This document shows positions 61,601-64,000 of a stretch of DNA of 64,000 nucleotides, piece after piece. Position 1 is the first letter of the stretch. Each line of letters begins with the position of its first letter. The position numbers and the translations under genes are program-made. Source of the stretch: Schmidtea polychroa (Eukaryota). The stretch is from NCBI GenBank assembly GCA_044892525.1, contig CM097888.1, positions 46,376,001-46,440,000 of the forward strand, given 5' to 3'. The notes beneath the pieces are model-generated. The model did not search any database, was not told the origin of the DNA, and saw nothing but the letters and a program-made list of their open reading frames with translations.

Positions 61601-61704
61601 AATTCAATCTTTCCGCCCCATGTTTGACGGTCTGGACCGGTGCTCTGTTTGGAATATGTAATGTGAATTTCTTCTCCACTTGAATCTTTAACTATTTCTG
61701 GAAA
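30071..61704 (-). CDS. SLC6 / NSS family Na+/Cl- dependent transporter, amino-acid (NAT/GlyT-like) type; at least 10 exons, about 640 aa; start codon exon not resolved
   Basis: Exons in order: 61704-61521, 61467-61336, 51248-51017, about 45717-45585, 38547-38309, 37173-37049, 35331-35127, 33232-gap, gap-32670, 30334-30071. Splice phases are compatible. SNF motifs: [98 protein letters not shown]. Confidence 0.93.
31632..31805 (+). pseudogene. Possible RPA1-like OB-fold / C4 zinc-ribbon relic in the last SLC6 intron
   Basis: [26 protein letters not shown]...[17 protein letters not shown] resembles C-x2-C..KV..Y.C..C...V.D.TG..V.LF. Two in-frame TGA codons. Confidence 0.4.
32670..32933 (-). CDS. 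SLC6 exon (TM11-TM12)
   Basis: [30 protein letters not shown]...YPQ...; GTAAGT donor. Confidence 0.9.
33094..33232 (-). CDS. SLC6 exon (TM9-TM10); runs into the N gap
   Basis: [46 protein letters not shown]. Confidence 0.9.
34541..34608. repeat. (TAA)n microsatellite
   Basis: Directly visible. Confidence 0.95.
35127..35331 (-). CDS. SLC6 exon (EL4-TM8)
   Basis: [45 protein letters not shown]. Confidence 0.92.
37049..37173 (-). CDS. SLC6 exon (TM7)
   Basis: [41 protein letters not shown]. Confidence 0.9.
37848..38107. mobile_element. hAT-type MITE (260 bp) inserted next to another hAT right end
   Basis: TIR CAA(C/T)GTTCCCTCTAAGC and perfect 8-bp TSD GTCACAGT (37840-47, 38108-15). It is followed by AAAGTTTGCGCATCACTG (to 38138), a hAT-like terminus. 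Confidence 0.85.
38309..38547 (-). CDS. SLC6 exon (TM5-TM6)
   Basis: [26 protein letters not shown]...[33 protein letters not shown]. Confidence 0.92.
38916..39278 (-). mobile_element. Non-autonomous Helitron (363 bp)
   Basis: On the minus strand: A|TCTTCTAATATATAAAA...GTTTGTGGGTGTGTTTGTTTG...CTGTAGCGAAGCACGG(hairpin)GAATACGGCTAG|T. It shows 5' TC, 3' CTAG, an A/T target and no TSD. Confidence 0.8.
39649..39882. mobile_element. piggyBac-like MITE (234 bp)
   Basis: TTAA|CCCTTTTATACG ... CGAATGAAAGGG|TTAA: TTAA TSD and CCC/GGG ends. Confidence 0.7.
41353..43801. mobile_element. Tc1/IS630-like non-autonomous element with very long inverted arms
   Basis: TA|CACCTAAC...GTTAGGTG|TA. Arms 41353-42012 and 43284-43801 are inverted copies. 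Inside are a transposase N-terminal relic and further terminal modules. Confidence 0.8.
41990..42401 (+). pseudogene. Tc1/IS630-type transposase N-terminal HTH fragment
   Basis: [31 protein letters not shown] / [10 protein letters not shown]...FVEAN..ATLEEMR...[19 protein letters not shown]...EARN, a winged-HTH pattern. The DDE domain is absent. Confidence 0.65.
45452..45465. promoter_or_regulatory. Perfect-consensus RFX X-box
   Basis: GTATCCATGGCAAC matches GTHNYYATRRNAAC at 14/14. It lies in an SLC6 intron, about 120 bp beyond an exon donor. Confidence 0.35.
45585..45716 (-). CDS. SLC6 exon (TM4); acceptor lies in the N gap
   Basis: [43 protein letters not shown] followed by a GTAAAT donor. 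Confidence 0.9.
47167..48171. mobile_element. Solo LTR (1005 bp) with 4-bp TSD ATTG
   Basis: TGTTGGG...CCTCAACA with TGTTG/CAACA inverted termini. ATTG at 47163-66 and 48172-75. Same family as 3593-4453. Confidence 0.88.
48718..48762 (-). ncRNA. Hammerhead-ribozyme-like core of the Penelope pLTR type
   Basis: Minus strand CTGAAGA-A-GACTG-GTAAA-CGGTC-GAAA-TATATA: CUGANGA and GAAA boxes separated by a 5-bp stem II. Stem I is weak. Confidence 0.5.
49610..49845 (+). pseudogene. PSMD13: 26S proteasome lid subunit Rpn9/PSMD13 5' fragment, antisense inside an SLC6 intron
   Basis: MDGYAYIQ...[44 protein letters not shown] aligns to PSMD13 W..LEELYTKKLWHQLT and [24 protein letters not shown], with about 15 aa missing between them. 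The frame is lost afterwards. Confidence 0.7.
50571..50758. repeat. Near-perfect 188-bp palindrome (about 92-bp arms, about 7 mismatches, 4-nt loop)
   Basis: Arms compared by eye; centre TTCAAGTGA-ATTT-TCACTTGAA. Confidence 0.95.
51017..51248 (-). CDS. SLC6 exon (TM3 and EL2)
   Basis: [37 protein letters not shown]...SCF...SPSEQYFE; EL2 Cys pair and N-glycosylation sequons. Confidence 0.92.
51785..51980. repeat. Second foldback repeat with a central hammerhead-like motif
   Basis: TAATTTTCATATTAATGTTTGTAAG is inverted with CTTACAAATATTAATATGAAAATTA. TTTGATAAAGGCTGTGCCGAAA lies at 51895-51916. Homologous to the palindrome around 62320-62810. Confidence 0.6.
52660..53640 (-). pseudogene. Degenerate mariner transposase
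   Basis: [11 protein letters not shown] (HTH) and [22 protein letters not shown], matching HPPYSPDLAPSDF.LF..LK..L. Many stops and frameshifts. Confidence 0.65.
55290..55570 (-). pseudogene. hAT transposase fragment
   Basis: [26 protein letters not shown]...[17 protein letters not shown] resembles the hAT patterns FSLT.DEWTS..NRRY.N and C..H..QLAV..VLY. Confidence 0.65.
56864..58030 (+). pseudogene. Gypsy gag with two CCHC zinc knuckles and two premature stops
   Basis: One frame from MLDSLSKQ through stops at 56957-59 (TGA) and about 57125 (TAA) into ORF 57146-58030. Knuckles [14 protein letters not shown] and [14 protein letters not shown]. Confidence 0.88.
58131..60998 (+). CDS. Gypsy pol (protease C-half, RT, RNase H, integrase), 955 aa
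   Basis: [11 protein letters not shown] (PR C-terminus), [55 protein letters not shown] zinc finger, VIDI / SDRG.NF / SNGLVER, and YEGPF. Confidence 0.95.
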   Translation: MTIEADWNGKKRIINVIVVKDIRPDFIGGVDTMERFGIQLVEVDNIEASQVGRTYVDSQREEKALLMLGDRKNEQLDILLRKFKGIFMASTFDLGFTKVVQHEMNIVGGPVMLQPRRQPMHLEQKLDELVTNLLEARVIRKCKRAWNAPLVIVAKKDGSIRMCVDYRGLNAITEKISFPMPDTRFLLDCLADSKYFTSIDLGQAYYQVGMAKEIQEVTAFSTRQGQFCFNRLPFGLATAPATFQRMMHSMLDGILFKGVVVYLDDILVYGKDIEEHNNRLEEVFRRIQLAGLRINPEKCNLYKEELTFLGHTVSASGIKTNDKKIKEIQDAEIPVCAKQLRSFLGMTNYYRKFIKDYAKIAEPLHEATSGCEKKINWSEDCNNSFELLKTKLCEAPILDYPRMDRNFILDTDASFGAIGAVLCQAKEDGTEVVIAYGSRHLTAHEKGYCVTRKELLAIHEYVMYFKQYLYGKSFVVRTDHKALVFMRYTKKPISPQFQTWLANLSGYDFDLQYKKGEEHGNADGISRIKGMLCAQCQTRHEDAKEEKARVRHISSLQKTESMTKLLEKQQDDVDFIHMTRVLQGEEKKDDLNKKKFPFNLHNNIKLEDGFLLLEKNGKDVILVPIDYSNTLVKGIHTEMCHIGVKKLISYMSNIFFWPNMQETIQNCLRVCEICCRRKIVQEKTKERLLPIISSEFLEQLVIDIAHMKNGGVYKYMLVIIDRFSKMVSLTALERQDERSIFKAILEKWIYRFGKPRNCLSDRGKNFDSGFMKTNLGRLGITQQFSSPYQHQSNGLVERTIRTVRDLLATSLAGGLGERNWAELLPRVEFCINVTQQSATGFSPFEIVFGRKINLHSTLPQTTLDTVEIHRLVRENSEKAAKRMKEMETEKRTNRCFTVGEKVLVRKEPQNRDKDGLQYEGPFVISKFLSEHQVELSDGTTKKLRRIEWLKRWAVP
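61336..61467 (-). CDS. SLC6 exon (TM2)
   Basis: [45 protein letters not shown]; AG and GT boundaries. Confidence 0.92.
61521..61704 (-). CDS. SLC6 exon (TM1)
   Basis: [37 protein letters not shown]; GTGAG donor. Confidence 0.9.
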
Positions 61705-62361
61705 CTGTATATTATATACAATTAATATTCAAAATTTTCATTTTTACAGTCTACAATTAATTTTAGTGAACAAAGAGGTAGAAAATGATACCTTTTGACA
61801 AATATTTTAGCTATTTGAGTATTAACTCAAATGTAACGGAGCGGCATTATTACAATGTTCTAATTGTGCAGGTACAAGAGGTATACAGCACAAGATTTTG
61901 AATGAACAAGGACCTTGAAATGGAATTGATAACAAACATTCAAATATAACTCCAAAAGATGTTTAACAGGCTCTTATGACTTGGAAATAATCGAGTCTTT
62001 TTCAAATTCAAATTAATCAAGAATTATTTAAGACCGATTACCTAATGTTGCAATAATTTTTATAAAATGTAATGAATTTTTTGTAATAATACAAATAGAG
62101 AACCCAACAAATAAAATCTTGCGTAGGGCGCATGCAAAGATAGCTACGGCAGTACATACGGATGTGAACACGGGAAAAGTTATATTTAATTAATTTAATT
62201 AATTATATTTAATTAATTTTAAATTATAAAAAATAGGAAACCTGATTTAATGGCAAATACAAGTCTTTTATAAAAAGTATCATATTTATCATTTGGTGTC
62301 ACCTTTGATCTTGTTTTAATTCAATAATTTTCATTAATGTTCATAAGACTATAGATCAAAA

Positions 62362-62736
62362 GGTACTTCCGTGTTATCTTACCCCCAAAAATTAAATTAT
62401 AAAATACAATTAAAATAACAATATAAAAAATGAGAGAATTCATTATTGATGACGTTATTGAACATTATTGAACATGAATTTATTAAGGCTATCTGTGATT
62501 TATGTGATTATGTGATTATGTGAGTTTATGTGGCGCAAACGTCTTCTAAGCAACAGTGCCGATGTGTTCGACACTATTCTCAACGACATTGTGGTTTTCT
62601 GGCCACCTGGATGACCATTCACAAACTCTTTACAAACATTTGCTGAGTTTGTAACTGTTATTTAGAAAATTATTATAATAAATATATGTGTTCTTTTTTA
62701 ATTTAATTTTTGGGGGTAAGATAACACGGAAGTACC
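62362..62736. mobile_element. MITE with 38-bp perfect TIR and 8-bp TSD (Merlin-like or hAT)
   Basis: TIR GGTACTTCCGTGTTATCTTACCCCCAAAAATTAAATTA and TSD GATCAAAA (62354-61, 62737-44). GG-initiated TIRs with an 8-bp TSD fit Merlin; the superfamily call is inference. Confidence 0.85.
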
Positions 62737-64000
62737 GATCAAAACAATATCGTATACCTTATGTGTTGTTTTGATCTATAATATTGCAAACATGAATATT
62801 TTATAAAAAGGATTTCAATACCAAATTTTTAATGGGGAAATTTTGTTGGAGGTAATTATTGAAACAATTTAACATTTATAAAGCTTAACCGATGAAATGA
62901 AATATACATTTCTAAATGTTGAATGTCTTTTACACATAATTTTAACCTATCTCAGGCGCATTAGATAAATGATCGTTTTAAAGAGAGTGAAATTTTTAGG
63001 AAAATTAAAATAATTGCAGAAACTTTAGCAAGAATTAACAAATTATTTTTCAAAGTCAAAGGTTTATAGACAATGGAAGCCAACATGTAATGGTTGAGTG
63101 ATCTTCTTTCAGTAGGTTGCTGCTAAACTAGTCAATTTTTTAGGGACATAATTGATACATTTTTATATATTTTATTTAAGCGTGGAATCTGCAATTAACA
63201 AATTTTTGTCTAAAACTTTTATTGCAAAATAAAATTTTAACAATCATGTAACAATGCAGATAGTTTAGTGTTTTGAAATAAATTATGCACTTCCTTTGTG
63301 GATGGTGTGCGTCCTATAAGGGGCTTTCTTGCTTTGGAGTTGTGTAATGGATGTGTGTATTTTATTTTTGATTTTTTTGCTGCACTTAATTGTGTGTGTG
63401 TGAGTGTGGTAGAATTTACTGTTAAAATTTTGATCAGTATATGAGATTTGAAGGTTTTTTAGAAAATGAATACGTTTGTTTAAAATTATGAATCAATTTA
63501 AAAATTTTAATAAACTGTTCTTTTTTGAAACAATCTTTGAATATATTAAGAGCTTTGCATGTAAATATCAGAAAAAAGTCCTTAGTGTAATTCAAACTGA
63601 TGGTGTTATTTTGAAATCATATCATAAAGAATGACTGAAAACCCCGAATCTATCAATATTTCAAATGATGATGAAATAAAAGTTTCTTCAAATAAATTAA
63701 ACCAGGAACCTATGGGTTTTTTCAAAAATGAATTTTATGACAAAACTGGAACTAAAATTGAAAACTAATAAAAGATAGTCCTTGGAGATAAAAGGATCCC
63801 TAAAAAATAGACTTAGAAAGAGACATGGTTACATATATAATCGTATGTTTCAAGACATGAATTAATCCGTTGAAGAAAGGTAAAATTTTTGGTAGTTAAC
63901 AAGAAACTATAAGTATGCAAAACGGTACAAAAGATATTGTTTAAATTATTATTAAATAAAAGGATTTTAAATTATCAGTAAGTGGTTAATTAAAAATTGA

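Noticed and set aside
1-64000. tRNA/rRNA genes, or prokaryotic defence, retron or DGR systems
   Set aside because: No cloverleaf, rRNA-like or operon-like bacterial sequence was seen. The only RT is a standard Gypsy pol flanked by LTRs.

Overview
Very AT-rich, repeat-dense eukaryotic (metazoan-like) genomic DNA with three N gaps (9153-9287, 32934-33093, 45717-45988). The ciliary gene TMEM17, GT-AG introns with a 40-60 bp short mode and the transposon mix suggest a ciliated invertebrate, possibly a flatworm; this is inference only. Three intron-containing genes were reconstructed by hand: CDC16/APC6 (+, 13 exons), TMEM17 (+, 5 exons), and a 31.6-kb SLC6 amino-acid-type transporter (-, at least 10 exons) whose large introns are filled with mobile elements. 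Mobile DNA includes a complete compact Ty3/Gypsy element with 115-bp AGT...ACT LTRs, a full-length Tigger/pogo element, solo LTRs, Polinton DNA-polymerase relics, mariner/Tc1/hAT relics, several MITEs (hAT, piggyBac-like, Merlin-like), a Helitron and hammerhead-like motifs of the Penelope type. The least explained structure is 9.6-16 kb. There, a 483-aa orphan ORF built from 48-aa (144-bp) repeats, with synonymous-biased divergence between its oldest units, faces away from an inverted array of the same repeat across the Tigger element, and it is truncated by a duplicated LTR/Polinton/MITE composite. All calls come from manual reading and recalled family motifs; no database searches were run.
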